A DNA stretch of 64,000 bases from Planctomycetota bacterium (lineage in GTDB: Bacteria > Planctomycetota > JAJSAM01 > JAJVHW01), in assembly GCA_965248445.1 (NCBI GenBank), contig CBDFJG010000004.1:1312001-1376000 (forward strand), written 5' to 3'. This document shows, in pieces, positions 28,088 to 38,204 of this stretch (its first letter is position 1; the number at the start of each line of letters is the position of its first letter). The position numbers and the translations under genes were made by a program. The notes below the pieces were generated by a model. It worked only from the letters and a program-made list of their open reading frames with translations, was not told where the DNA came from and searched no databases.

Positions 28088-29752
28088 TCATCCGCCGCTG
28101 CGGATGCGGCGGCAGACGATGTCCACGTCCTCCTGCAGCCGCGCGTTGACCTGCAGTTCGCGGGCGATCTTCTCGCAGGCGTAGATCACGGTGGAGTGAT
28201 CCCGGCCGCCGAAGTGGGCGCCGACCTCGACCAGGGACTTGTCCGTCATCCGGCGAGCCAGGTACATCGCGATCTGGCGCGGGCGCGACACTGACTTGTG
28301 ACGTCGCTTCCCCATCAGATCCGAGGGTCGCTGGGCGAAGTGCTCGGCGCAGACGCGGATGATCGTCTCGATCGAGACCGTGCGTTCGCGCGACTGGATC
28401 ACGTCCCGCAGGGCCTCTTGCGCCGACTCGAGGTTCAGCGGCCGCTCGCAGAGCGTCGCATGGCTGCACACGCGCACCACGGCGCCCTCGAGCTCGCGCA
28501 CGTTCGCCGTGATGTTCTCCACGATCAACTCGATCACGTCGGCCGGCAGCGCGACGCCGCGCTGCGCGGCCTTGGTCCGCACGATCTCGGCACGTGTCTC
28601 GTAGTCGGGTTCGAGGATCTCGGTCACGAGTCCCCACTTGAACCGCGACACCAGCCGCTCCTCCAGCGTCGGGATGTCCCGCGGCGGGCTGTCACACGTG
28701 ATGATGATCTGCTTTCGTGAGTTGTAGAGAGAGTTGAAGGTGTGGAAGAACTCCTCCTGCGTCCGCTCCTTGCGGGCCAGATCGTGGATGTCGTCGATCA
28801 GCAGGAGGTCGACGTTGCGGAAGCGGTACCGGAAGTCGCGCAGCGCACCCGAGCGCACCGCAGCGACGAACTGGTTGACGAACGACTCGCAGGACAGATA
28901 GACGACGCGCGAGTCCGGGCGCTGCTCGAGCGCCCGTACGCAGATCGCCTGCAGAAGGTGCGTCTTGCCGAGACCCACGGAGCCGTGCAGGAACAGCGGG
29001 TTGTAGTTGTCGCCCGCGCCGTTGGCGACCGCCATGGCCGCCGCGTGCGCGAGCTGGTTGCTCGGACCGCTGATGAATGTGGCGAAGCGGTAGTTGTCGT
29101 TCAGGATGACGTCGGAGAGGAAGTGCCGGTATCGCGGGTTACCGAACAACTCCGTTCCCGTGTCGCTGAGCCCGATCGGCGCCTTGACCGGGCGGATCTC
29201 GTCACGCGCGCTGGCGGCTCGATGCACCGTGTCCTGGCCGCCGGCGAGCACCCCCCTCGGGTCGGCGATGGGCGGGTCGGCGATGGGTAGGTCGGCCATG
29301 GGATCTGAGATCGGATCGGGCTCGCCGGCCGCCGCGGTCATCACCGGCGCCCCAGTGTGCGCGGCGGGCGCGGCCTCGATCAGCACGCGTCGCTCCGTAC
29401 CGACGACGGAGGTGACCGCGGCGCCGATCACCGAGAGGTAGTAGGCGTCGATCCAGTCCTTCATGAAGGAGTTCGGTACGTTGAACACGTAGGTCCCGTC
29501 GCTCTCGAGGCGGGCGAGGCTCATGGCGCGGAACCACGTGTGGAACTGCTGCGGCGTCACGTGATCGCGCAGATACGCGCGAATGGGATCCCACTGTCCC
29601 GCACCGCTGAGCCCGGAAGCATCCAGCCCGGAGACGCCCAGAACCGGTCGGCCCGGCGATGGTTGGTGCTGGCCGGAGCGCTCCTGGCCGGAGTCCTCCC
29701 GCTCAGATCCCGAGGGCTTGTCCCGCCCCGGGGTAGTTGGCACGTCCGACAT
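28088..29752 (-). CDS. dnaA: Chromosomal replication initiator DnaA
   Basis: YNPLFLHGSVGLGKTHLL, LLIDDIH, QEEFFHTFN, NVRELEGA, GGRDHSTV; start uncertain (29752 or 29821). Confidence 0.97.
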   Translation of the reverse strand: MSDVPTTPGRDKPSGSEREDSGQERSGQHQPSPGRPVLGVSGLDASGLSGAGQWDPIRAYLRDHVTPQQFHTWFRAMSLARLESDGTYVFNVPNSFMKDWIDAYYLSVIGAAVTSVVGTERRVLIEAAPAAHTGAPVMTAAAGEPDPISDPMADLPIADPPIADPRGVLAGGQDTVHRAASARDEIRPVKAPIGLSDTGTELFGNPRYRHFLSDVILNDNYRFATFISGPSNQLAHAAAMAVANGAGDNYNPLFLHGSVGLGKTHLLQAICVRALEQRPDSRVVYLSCESFVNQFVAAVRSGALRDFRYRFRNVDLLLIDDIHDLARKERTQEEFFHTFNSLYNSRKQIIITCDSPPRDIPTLEERLVSRFKWGLVTEILEPDYETRAEIVRTKAAQRGVALPADVIELIVENITANVRELEGAVVRVCSHATLCERPLNLESAQEALRDVIQSRERTVSIETIIRVCAEHFAQRPSDLMGKRRHKSVSRPRQIAMYLARRMTDKSLVEVGAHFGGRDHSTVIYACEKIARELQVNARLQEDVDIVCRRIRSGG

Positions 29753-30432
29753 CTGCTTCCGCCTGTCTCCCGCGAGCCCGCCCGGCCCTTTGGCCAGGCG
29801 CGCTCCCGCGCCCACGCTCAACCGCCACGATCTTCACGCGCCCCCGCCGAGAGTCCCCGGGCTCTTCAGCCCCGCTCTCCCAGCGCCGGCGAACATCCGC
29901 GTCCTCGTCTTGGGCGGCAGACGGCCACCGGCGGCGCCCCACGCTCTGCGCCACCGCGCGTCCCACAGGGTCCGCGGTCCGATAGCCCGCGTCCAACTGT
30001 CGATGCGCCGTTCCGCGAGCCGCGGAGCAGCAAGGACCAATCTGCCCGCCGGGACCTGAGCCAATCCCTTGCGGACGCCGCCCTTATGCCGATCTGCCCA
30101 ATACCGAACCCACACCGAGAACCCGGAGCCCCGCAACGCGGGACCCGGCCCGGACGCCGATCACCGTCCCCCGCGTGTGCTCCCCTACGCGTCCTAAACT
30201 GGCGAAGGTAGGCACTCGAGAGGCGGGTCGCGGCTCACGTTCGACCGCGCTCCTGTCGCGCCGGACTCTCGGGTGTCGTGCATGTCGTGCCATTGGCGCA
30301 CGGTGCTTCGCTGCCCTGTTGTCCTGCGCTGCCCGCCGCATTGCCTTACGCGTCTGCCTTGGCATCTGCCTAATGCGTCTGTGGCGGGCTATCTTCGTTG
30401 CGCGGTGTCCTGTGACGTTCACCGGGTGCGAA

Positions 30433-30460
30433 ATTCTAGCGAGCGGCGGCGCAGAGTCAA
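30433..30460 (-). promoter_or_regulatory. Sigma-70-type promoter facing dnaA
   Basis: TTGACT-N16-TAGAAT on the minus strand. Confidence 0.55.
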
Positions 30461-30551
30461 ACGCGTCGCACAAGATTCGTCGCGCGCGTAAAGGCCGTTG
30501 ATTTGCTGCATCTCGGCGCGATGCGTCGTGCAATGCGCGAGAGTTTCCGGG

Positions 30552-31754
30552 CTAACTTTTTTCTTGTCGCGTTCCGACCGCCCGCACCCGCGGCACGATG
30601 ACGCGCAGTGCGTCGACCAACGCGAACACGTTGCGCGTCGTTGTCGTCTCCCCGAGTGAGACGCGAAGCACCTCGGCGACGCATGTCGCGTCGCGTCCCG
30701 CCGCGAGTAGCACGGCTGGCGGCGTGCGTGCGCCGCTGGCGCACGCGGTTCCGGCCGACACGCGAACCCCGACCTGGTCCAGCGCCGCGAGCACGACGTC
30801 GCCACGGCACCCCTCGAAGCGCACCGCCACGATGCCCGCAGCGCAGGGTTGCGTCGTGATGACCTCACCCCCCGTCGTCGTGCGAACGAACTCGAGAAAC
30901 GGCGCAAGTGCCGCTCTCCAGCGAGTTTCAGTGAGCGCCCGCGCTGCGTGCACGGCCTCGGCGGCCGCTCCGAACGCGGCCAGCAGCGCGGCGGCCTCGG
31001 TACCGCCTCGCCGCCCACGCTCCTGTGCGACGTGACCGCCCGGCGCGGCGAACGGCGCGCCGTCGCGCACGATGAGTGCGCCGGTCCCCGCGAGCGCACC
31101 GAGCTTGTGCGCGGACAGCGACACGAATGCCGCCGGCCGCAGCAGCGGCGCCATGTCCACGCGTCCCGCGGCCTGCGCGGCGTCGACATGCAGCGCGCTT
31201 CCGTCGGGCAGTGCGGCAGCGAACTGCATGACCGGCTGGACGTTTCCCGTCACCGGCTCGACGAGGGGAGCGGTTGCGATGCACGGCGACGACGGCGCGT
31301 CCGCGGCAAGAGCCGCGACGTCGATGCGTGCTGTGGCGTCGACGGAGAGAAACCGTACGTCGTGACCGGAGTCGCGCCAGCTCTCCGCCAGCGCGACGGT
31401 CGACGCATGTGATGCCGCGGTGAGCAAGAGCGGCGCATCGCCGAGCGCCCGACGCGCGCCGTGAAGCGCCAGCGCGTTCGACTCCGTGGTCCCTGACGTG
31501 AACACCACCTCACGCGGCGCTGCGCCGACCAGTGCCGCGACGTGCTCGCGAGCCTCCTCGACCACGCTGCGCAGGCGACGTCCCGCTGCGTGTGCGCTGC
31601 CCGGATTTCCCGGGAGCAGATCGAGCGTACGCAGCAGAGCTTCGCGAGCGGCCGGCAGCAGCGGCGCCCCCGCCGCGTGGTCGAGGTAGGCGTCCGGCGG
31701 GCGTGCTGGCGATCCCAGGGATCGGGAGCCTTGGCGGGATATCTCAAGCGGCAA
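30552..31754 (-). CDS. Cysteine desulfurase (NifS/IscS class V aminotransferase)
   Basis: YLDHAA, FTSGTTESN, HVDAAQ, SAHKLG (PLP Lys), SAGTACASG; start uncertain. Confidence 0.88.
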   Translation of the reverse strand: MPLEISRQGSRSLGSPARPPDAYLDHAAGAPLLPAAREALLRTLDLLPGNPGSAHAAGRRLRSVVEEAREHVAALVGAAPREVVFTSGTTESNALALHGARRALGDAPLLLTAASHASTVALAESWRDSGHDVRFLSVDATARIDVAALAADAPSSPCIATAPLVEPVTGNVQPVMQFAAALPDGSALHVDAAQAAGRVDMAPLLRPAAFVSLSAHKLGALAGTGALIVRDGAPFAAPGGHVAQERGRRGGTEAAALLAAFGAAAEAVHAARALTETRWRAALAPFLEFVRTTTGGEVITTQPCAAGIVAVRFEGCRGDVVLAALDQVGVRVSAGTACASGARTPPAVLLAAGRDATCVAEVLRVSLGETTTTRNVFALVDALRVIVPRVRAVGTRQEKS

Positions 31755-31854
31755 CCCCCCCGGGCTCGATGAGGAGATGTCGTCTCGCCCGTCGCGAGGA
31801 GGCTGTCCCGGAGGCTGACTCGGTGCCTCCGGGTGACGATCGGATGAGCTGCGC

Positions 31855-34173
31855 ATGAGTGTGATCAACCTCCGCGAACGGACGCTCGACGCCAAGATCG
31901 TCTACTACGGTGCTGCCCTCTCGGGCAAGACGACGAGCCTGAAGCACGTCCATCGTGTGATGGACCCTGATCGTCGCACGGAGCTGGTCTCCCTCAACAC
32001 CGAGGGCGACCGGACCCTCTTCTTCGACTTCCTCCCGATCCCGCTCGGCAGCGTCGGGGGGTTCAAGGTCCGGCTCCAGGGCTTCACCGTGCCCGGTCAG
32101 GTGAAATACAACCTGACCCGTCGCTTCGTGCTGCGGGGCGCCGATGCCGTCATCTTCGTGGCTGACTCCGGCGCAGAGGCGTTCGAGGCCAACGTGCTGT
32201 CGCTGCGATCGCTGCACGAGAACCTCGCTGTGAACGGCCTCGAGGCCACCGGTCTCCCGATCCTCATTCAGTACAACAAGCGCGACCTGCCCGACCCCGT
32301 CGAGATCGAACGCCTGCGTGAGGCTCTCAACGACGCAGGGTGGCCCGAGTACCCGACGACCGCGACGACCGGCGGCGGCGTGTTCGAGGCGTTCCGCCAC
32401 GTCTCGTGCGACATGCTCGAGTCACTGGCGCGCGAGTACGGGTTCAGCGAGGGCGAAGCAGCGCGCGAGGAGGTCGCGACTCGTCTCACGACTGTTCAGC
32501 GCGCGTACGACGCGCTGCCGGCCGACGAGTTCGAGGTCACCGCCAACGCGCCGTCGCCGCTCGCTGCTGACGACGGGGCCGACGAGGCACGTCTGGCACC
32601 GGTGATCGAGGTGTCGGGATCGCCCGACGAGGGCGAGGCGAACGTCGAGGAGCTGCTCGAACGTGCCGTGGACACGCACATGGAGGCCGCGCGCCTCATG
32701 TCGGAGTTGCACGCGACGCGCACGGATCTCTCCGACCGCGTGAATCAGCTCGCGGCTCTGCACGAGACGGGCGTGCTCATCTCGAGCGAGCTCGACGGCA
32801 AGAAGCTCCTCGAGCGGATCCTCGACCGCGCCCTCTCGACCGTCGGCAGCAAGTACGGCAGCGTGCTGCTGGTCGATCCCGTGGACGGCCAGCTCACCAC
32901 GGATCTCGTGCGTGGGTACACCTGCGACCCACTGGCGCTCGCCGGCGCCGCGCCGCCGGAACTCGCCGAGCGCGTGCTCGCCGGAGAGGCGTTCGCGGTG
33001 CGTTCCCAGCTCGAGCCCGGGCTGTTGAAGGCGCCCTTCATGAACGTGGATCCCCCCGCACTCGCCCTGATCTCCCCGATCGTGCACCAGGCCGAGGTGC
33101 TCGGCATCCTCACTGCGTACTTCCCGACGGATCCGGGGGACGACTGGGCGCGCAACCGCGCGCAGTTCCTGTCGGCAGTCTCCGCCCAGGCCGCGGCCGC
33201 GCTCGTCAACTCGCGTCTCTACGCGCGCATCGAGGGGTTCAACCGAGAACTCGAGCGCAAGGTCCGCGAGCGCACTCGCGCGCTACGCCGCGCATATCGG
33301 GACCTGCAGCAACTGGACGGCCTGAAGGACGACTTCCTCGCCTCCATGAGCCACGAGTTGCTGACGCCGCTCACGTCGATCACCGGCTTCGCCGAGATCC
33401 TCGAGACGACCGCCGCGGACGAGGGCGGCGACGCCGCGGAGAACCGGCACGAGTTCGCCACCATCGTCCGTCGGGAGGCGGGCAACCTGACCGCTCTCGT
33501 ACAGACCGTTCTCGACCTGTGCACGCTGGAAAGCGGACAGGCGCCACTGCGCACGGGCATGGTGAACGTGCGCGACACGCTCGAGGGCGCGTATCGAGAG
33601 ATGCGTGGCGCGTTCAAGGACCGGGCGATCCGGGTCCGCGTGCGGGTCGAGGAGAACATGCCTCTGGTCCATGCGGACGCCGCCTGGCTCGAGCGCGTCT
33701 TCGCGTCGCTGCTCTCGAACGCCCTCAAGTTCTCGCCGTCCGGTGGCGAGGCGTCGGTCTCCATCCGGCGCCACGGCACGAACGTCTTGGTCGACGTGAC
33801 CGACGAGGGTCCGGGTGTCCCCGCGGCACTCCGAAAGGTGATCTTCGAGAAGTTCAAGCAGGCCGGGGACCTCCTGACCGAGAAGCCCGAGGGGCTGGGC
33901 CTGGGTCTTCCCATGGCGCGGCTCATCGACGAGGGCATGGGCGGACGCATCTGGTACGAGACGCCGGAGGGCGGCGGCAGCGCGTTCGCCTTCATGTTGC
34001 CGATCGAGGCGCCGCCGGAGCCGTCCGGACCGCCCGCCCCCCGCCGGGAGGACGCGATCGACCTGGAGGACCTCGACGACGATCTGGACGAGGAGTCCGG
34101 GGATGCGGTGACCTCCCCGAGCCCACTGTCGTACGACGGGGCCGAGCCCGCCGCCAAGTCGCCCGCCGAGTAG
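31855..34173 (+). CDS. MglA-like GTPase-GAF-histidine kinase fusion
   Basis: KIVYYGAALSGKTT, DRTLFFDF, TVPGQ, NKRD; GAF-like middle; SHELLTPL, SNALKF, DEGPG, GLGLGL. Confidence 0.92.
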   Translation: MSVINLRERTLDAKIVYYGAALSGKTTSLKHVHRVMDPDRRTELVSLNTEGDRTLFFDFLPIPLGSVGGFKVRLQGFTVPGQVKYNLTRRFVLRGADAVIFVADSGAEAFEANVLSLRSLHENLAVNGLEATGLPILIQYNKRDLPDPVEIERLREALNDAGWPEYPTTATTGGGVFEAFRHVSCDMLESLAREYGFSEGEAAREEVATRLTTVQRAYDALPADEFEVTANAPSPLAADDGADEARLAPVIEVSGSPDEGEANVEELLERAVDTHMEAARLMSELHATRTDLSDRVNQLAALHETGVLISSELDGKKLLERILDRALSTVGSKYGSVLLVDPVDGQLTTDLVRGYTCDPLALAGAAPPELAERVLAGEAFAVRSQLEPGLLKAPFMNVDPPALALISPIVHQAEVLGILTAYFPTDPGDDWARNRAQFLSAVSAQAAAALVNSRLYARIEGFNRELERKVRERTRALRRAYRDLQQLDGLKDDFLASMSHELLTPLTSITGFAEILETTAADEGGDAAENRHEFATIVRREAGNLTALVQTVLDLCTLESGQAPLRTGMVNVRDTLEGAYREMRGAFKDRAIRVRVRVEENMPLVHADAAWLERVFASLLSNALKFSPSGGEASVSIRRHGTNVLVDVTDEGPGVPAALRKVIFEKFKQAGDLLTEKPEGLGLGLPMARLIDEGMGGRIWYETPEGGGSAFAFMLPIEAPPEPSGPPAPRREDAIDLEDLDDDLDEESGDAVTSPSPLSYDGAEPAAKSPAE

Positions 34174-34273
34174 CGCCTCCCCCATCAGCGCGTTGAACAA
34201 CTCGACGGGCCACGATCTCGGCCACAATCGGGGCTCACGCCGACTTCTTCAACGCACTGCTATCCTCTCGTCG

Positions 34274-34888
34274 TTGCGCGTTCTCCTTGTCGACAACTAC
34301 GACTCGTTCACCTGGAACGTCGTGCAGGCCCTCCGCACGTTCGGGGCGGATGTCGTCGTGCATCGCAACGACGCGATCGACGTCGGCGGCGCACTCGCAC
34401 TCTCCCCGGACGCTATCATCGTCTCGCCGGGTCCGTGCACTCCGGCGGAAGCGGGAGTCTCCGTCGATCTGGTGGTCGCCGCGGCGGAGCACGGCACGCC
34501 ACTCCTCGGTATCTGCCTCGGGCACCAGGCCATCGGTGTGGCGTTCGGCGGCCGCGTGGAACGCGCGTCGCGCCTCTTGCACGGCAAGACGAGCATCGTG
34601 CACCACGACGGACGCGGTGTGCTGGCCGGCCTGCCTCCGCGGTTCGAAGCGATGCGGTACCACTCACTCGTCGTTGCCGAGCCGCTGCCCGCGGTGCTGG
34701 AGCGCTCCGCGTGGACCGAGCCACCCTCCGCCGTGGACAGCGAACTGATGGCACTGAGACACCTGGAATGCCCAGTCATCGGCGTACAGTTCCATCCTGA
34801 GTCGTATCGCACGCACGAGGGTCCGCGGCTCCTCGAGAACTTCCTCGCACTCGCAACCACCGAAAGCCCCCGGAGGTCCCCGGCATGA
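34274..34888 (+). CDS. trpG: Anthranilate/ADC synthase glutamine amidotransferase subunit (TrpG/PabA)
   Basis: VDNYDSFTWN, SPGPCTP, GICLGHQ, RYHSL, QFHPES. Confidence 0.9.
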   Translation: MRVLLVDNYDSFTWNVVQALRTFGADVVVHRNDAIDVGGALALSPDAIIVSPGPCTPAEAGVSVDLVVAAAEHGTPLLGICLGHQAIGVAFGGRVERASRLLHGKTSIVHHDGRGVLAGLPPRFEAMRYHSLVVAEPLPAVLERSAWTEPPSAVDSELMALRHLECPVIGVQFHPESYRTHEGPRLLENFLALATTESPRRSPA

Positions 34889-35811
34889 CGGTTTCCGACT
34901 CCTGGCCCGCGCGCCTGCGCGCGGCGTGCCGCACCAAGTCCTCGGTCGTGTGCGTCGGCATCGATCCGCGCATCGAGATGCTCCCGTCGGAGTTCACGGG
35001 CAGCGGACCGGTGACGCACGAGGAGAAGGCCACAGCAGTCGGCGACTGGGCCACGGAGTTGCTGGACGTGATCGCCGACGTCGCGGTCGTTGTGAAGCCG
35101 CAATCCGCGTTCTTCGAACAGTTCGGGCCGGCCGGGTTCGCGGCGCTCGCCCGCACCATCCGCGCTGCGAAGGAGCGCGGCCTCCTTGTACTCCTTGACG
35201 CGAAGCGCGGGGACATCGGGTTCACGGTCGAGGCGTACGCGCGCGCGCTGCTCGACGATGAGGGCATGGGGGCCGACGCGCTGACGGTGAACGCGTACCT
35301 CGGCCGCGAGACGCTCGCGCCGTTCATCGCGCGAACGCGCGAGAGCGGCAAGGGACTGTACGTCCTGGTCAAGACCAGCAACCCCGGGTCCGCCGACCTG
35401 CAAGACCTGAACGTGGACGGGACCCCGCTGTATGAGCATGTCGCGCGGATGGTCGCCTCGATCGGTGACGAGACGCCCGTGGACGAGGGGGGTTGGAACT
35501 CCGTCGGCGCGGTCGTCGGCGCGACGTACCCCGAGGAACTGGTGCGCCTCCGCGAGCTCATGCCGCACGCGCCGATCCTGGTGCCGGGCTACGGCGCACA
35601 GGGCGGTGGCGCGGCCGATTGCCGAGGAGCATTCGGCAGCGACGGCCTGGGCGCGATCGTCAGCTCGTCGCGCGGGATCATCTTCGCGCACTCGCGGGAA
35701 CCCGGTGCGAGCGCACACGGCGATGGTGGTTGGCGCGCGGCCGTGCGCGACGCCGCCGCGTCCATGCGCGACGCGCTGCGCGCGGTCGGCGCGGGCGCGC
35801 CGCCGGCGTGA
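34885..35811 (+). CDS. pyrF: Orotidine-5'-phosphate decarboxylase
   Basis: CVGIDP, KPQSAFFE, DAKRGDIG, VKTSNPGS, PGYGAQGG. Confidence 0.93.
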   Translation: MTVSDSWPARLRAACRTKSSVVCVGIDPRIEMLPSEFTGSGPVTHEEKATAVGDWATELLDVIADVAVVVKPQSAFFEQFGPAGFAALARTIRAAKERGLLVLLDAKRGDIGFTVEAYARALLDDEGMGADALTVNAYLGRETLAPFIARTRESGKGLYVLVKTSNPGSADLQDLNVDGTPLYEHVARMVASIGDETPVDEGGWNSVGAVVGATYPEELVRLRELMPHAPILVPGYGAQGGGAADCRGAFGSDGLGAIVSSSRGIIFAHSREPGASAHGDGGWRAAVRDAAASMRDALRAVGAGAPPA

Positions 35812-35833
35812 CCATGCCGTGGTGACGCATGAC

Positions 35834-36571
35834 ATGATCCCTCCGAGTGATCCCGATTGGTTCGTCTCGGCGTTCGGCCGCGAGTACCTGCGCGTCTACG
35901 CGCACCGCAGCGACGCCGCGGCGAGGCAGGAAATCGATTTCGTGGCGTCCGCGCTCTCGCTCGGCGACGGGGATGCGCTGCTCGACGCGGGTTGCGGCGC
36001 AGGCCGGCACGCCCGCGCGCTGGCCGCAGCCGGGGCGCGCGTGATCGGCCTCGACCTCTCCCTCGACTTGCTGTCTCGTGCGAGCGACGCGGGCGGCGGT
36101 CCAGCGTACGTGCGCGGAGACTTGCGCGCTCTCCCGTTCGCTGATGCGGCGTTCGCACACGTCGCCTCGCTGTTCACGTCGTTCGGGTACTTCGACGACG
36201 CGGGCAACGCGGGACAACTCCGCGACTTCCGGCGCGTGCTGCGCGCTGACGGCCGCTTGTTCCTCGATTACATGAACGCCGAACGCGTCCGGGCGACTCT
36301 CGTACCGCGCAGCGATCGCACGGAGGACGGTGTCCGTTTGCTCGAGGAACGGCGCATTCGCGCCGGCCGCGTCGAGAAAGACGTGCGCGTGGAGCGCGAG
36401 GGTGAAGAGACGATGACGTGGACCGAGTCCGTCCGGCTCTACGACTGCGACGAGGTGCAGGCGTTGGTGCGCGGCGCACGCTTCGAGGTTCGCGACGTCG
36501 CGGGTGACCTGTCGGGAGCGCCGTGGACGAGCATGTCGCCGCGCACGATCATCGTCGGAGTCGCGGCGTGA
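35834..36571 (+). CDS. Class I SAM methyltransferase (candidate bacillithiol N-methyltransferase)
   Basis: LDAGCGAGRH, LFTSFGYF; stop overlaps the bshC start (GTGA). Confidence 0.8.
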   Translation: MIPPSDPDWFVSAFGREYLRVYAHRSDAAARQEIDFVASALSLGDGDALLDAGCGAGRHARALAAAGARVIGLDLSLDLLSRASDAGGGPAYVRGDLRALPFADAAFAHVASLFTSFGYFDDAGNAGQLRDFRRVLRADGRLFLDYMNAERVRATLVPRSDRTEDGVRLLEERRIRAGRVEKDVRVEREGEETMTWTESVRLYDCDEVQALVRGARFEVRDVAGDLSGAPWTSMSPRTIIVGVAA

Positions 36572-38130
36572 CGGTCATCCCCCCCGCCGATCTTCTCGCG
36601 GAGGACACGCTTGCGCGCGCGCTCGTGACGGGCGACCCGCGCGTTGCCGGGCTCGTGCGCGGCGCCGATGGCGACGAGGCCGCCCTGCTTGCGGCGGCGC
36701 GGGAGGCCGCGACGCGCGACATCGACAGGACCGCACTCGTGGATGCGCTGGTTGCCGGACTGGACGACCTGGACGCCCCCGACGGGGCGCGCGCCGCCGC
36801 GCGGCGGTTGGGAGAATCGGGTGTCGTCGCCGTCGTGGCGGGTCAGCAGCCCGTTCTGCTCGGCGGAGCCGGAATGGTCCTGACCAAGGCGCTCGCAGCT
36901 GCCGCCGTCGCGGCGCGTCTCGAAGCCCACGGCATCCCCGCGGTGCCGGTCTACTGGCATGCGAGCGAAGACCACGACCAGGGCGAGGCGGACCACGTCA
37001 GGCTCCTGACGGCCGACTGCGAGTCGTTCGACTCGTTCCGGCTGGCGTTGCCGGAGGACGGACGAACGCTCGCAGCGACCGCGCTCCCGCCCGGCACCGG
37101 GGATCTCGTCGCGACAGCGACCGCTCGGCTCCCGGACGGTGACGCCCGCGAGCGCATCCTCGAGTTGCTGGCGCCGCGCGACGGCGACACGTTCGGCCGT
37201 TGGACCGGCCGGCTCGTGGCGGGACTGCTGGGGCCACTGGGCATCGTCGTCGTGGAGCCCCACCGGCTGCGCCGGCTCGCCGCCGGGGTGACGCAGCACG
37301 AGCTGACCCATCCGCACGAACTGCACGCACGGGTCTCGGACGTCCTGCGCCGCCTCGAGGCGTCGGCGCCGGAGATCACGCCGCCCCTCGATCTGGCGCG
37401 CCCCGAGCTCTTGTTCCTTCTCGACGACGGCGTGCGGAGGGCCATCACGATCGACGCGGCGGCGGGCACGTACGCGACGCGGGCCGGGCCGGCCGGAGAT
37501 CTCGCGGCGCTGCGCGCCCGTGACCCGTCGGAGTTCTCTTGGAACGTCGTGGCGCGGGTCCTGGCTCAGAACACGGCCCTGCCCGTCGCGGCGCAACTCT
37601 GCGGACCCTCCGAACTCGGGTACGTCGCGATGTTCGGCGATGCGCACGAGGCCCTCGGACTCTCCCAGCCGGCCACACTGCTGCGTCCGGGGCTGACAGC
37701 CGTGCCGCGCAAGGCTGCCCGGGCGGCTCGGGCGCTCGACGTCGACACCGCTGCGGCGGTGCGCGGGGCGGCGGACGCGCTCAGCCCCGCCCTTGACGGA
37801 CCCGCGGCGGAGGCGTTCGGGGAGGCGCTCCGCGCACTCGAGGCGCTCCCAGAGGGCCGCAGTCCGGCGGTCGAGCGGCGGCGGGCTGAGCTCCTGCGCC
37901 GGCTGTCGCTGTTCGAACAGGCCTACCGCAGCGAGTACGAAGACCTCGACGCGACCCGCAGGAGACGCCTCCGCTGCCTGAGGACGTCCCTTCGGCCGCG
38001 CGATGGCCTCGCTGAGCGCACCCTCTCTCCCCTCACCTGGCTTGCCAGAGAGGGCCTCACGGCGCTGCCGAGGGTGCGCGACCTCCTGGACCGGCTCGAT
38101 GGCGGGCACGTGGTGGCGGAACTCGGATAG
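36568..38130 (+). CDS. bshC: Bacillithiol biosynthesis protein BshC
   Basis: VVAGQQP, VPVYWHASEDHD, FSWNVVAR, GPSELGY. Confidence 0.85.
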   Translation: MTVIPPADLLAEDTLARALVTGDPRVAGLVRGADGDEAALLAAAREAATRDIDRTALVDALVAGLDDLDAPDGARAAARRLGESGVVAVVAGQQPVLLGGAGMVLTKALAAAAVAARLEAHGIPAVPVYWHASEDHDQGEADHVRLLTADCESFDSFRLALPEDGRTLAATALPPGTGDLVATATARLPDGDARERILELLAPRDGDTFGRWTGRLVAGLLGPLGIVVVEPHRLRRLAAGVTQHELTHPHELHARVSDVLRRLEASAPEITPPLDLARPELLFLLDDGVRRAITIDAAAGTYATRAGPAGDLAALRARDPSEFSWNVVARVLAQNTALPVAAQLCGPSELGYVAMFGDAHEALGLSQPATLLRPGLTAVPRKAARAARALDVDTAAAVRGAADALSPALDGPAAEAFGEALRALEALPEGRSPAVERRRAELLRRLSLFEQAYRSEYEDLDATRRRRLRCLRTSLRPRDGLAERTLSPLTWLAREGLTALPRVRDLLDRLDGGHVVAELG

Positions 38131-38204
38131 CGTGTTCGTGCGTTCCCCCCGGGAACGACACGCCACCGACCGTCACACCCCCCGACCGCTAAGACCTCGA
38201 GGAG

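Noticed and set aside
30488..30504. IHF-like site near the dnaA promoter
   Set aside because: AATCAACGGCCTTTA does not fit the WATCAANNNNTTR spacing
29834..30533. Small Arg-rich ORFs upstream of dnaA as rpmH/rnpA
   Set aside because: No L34 (MKRTFQP) or RnpA motifs
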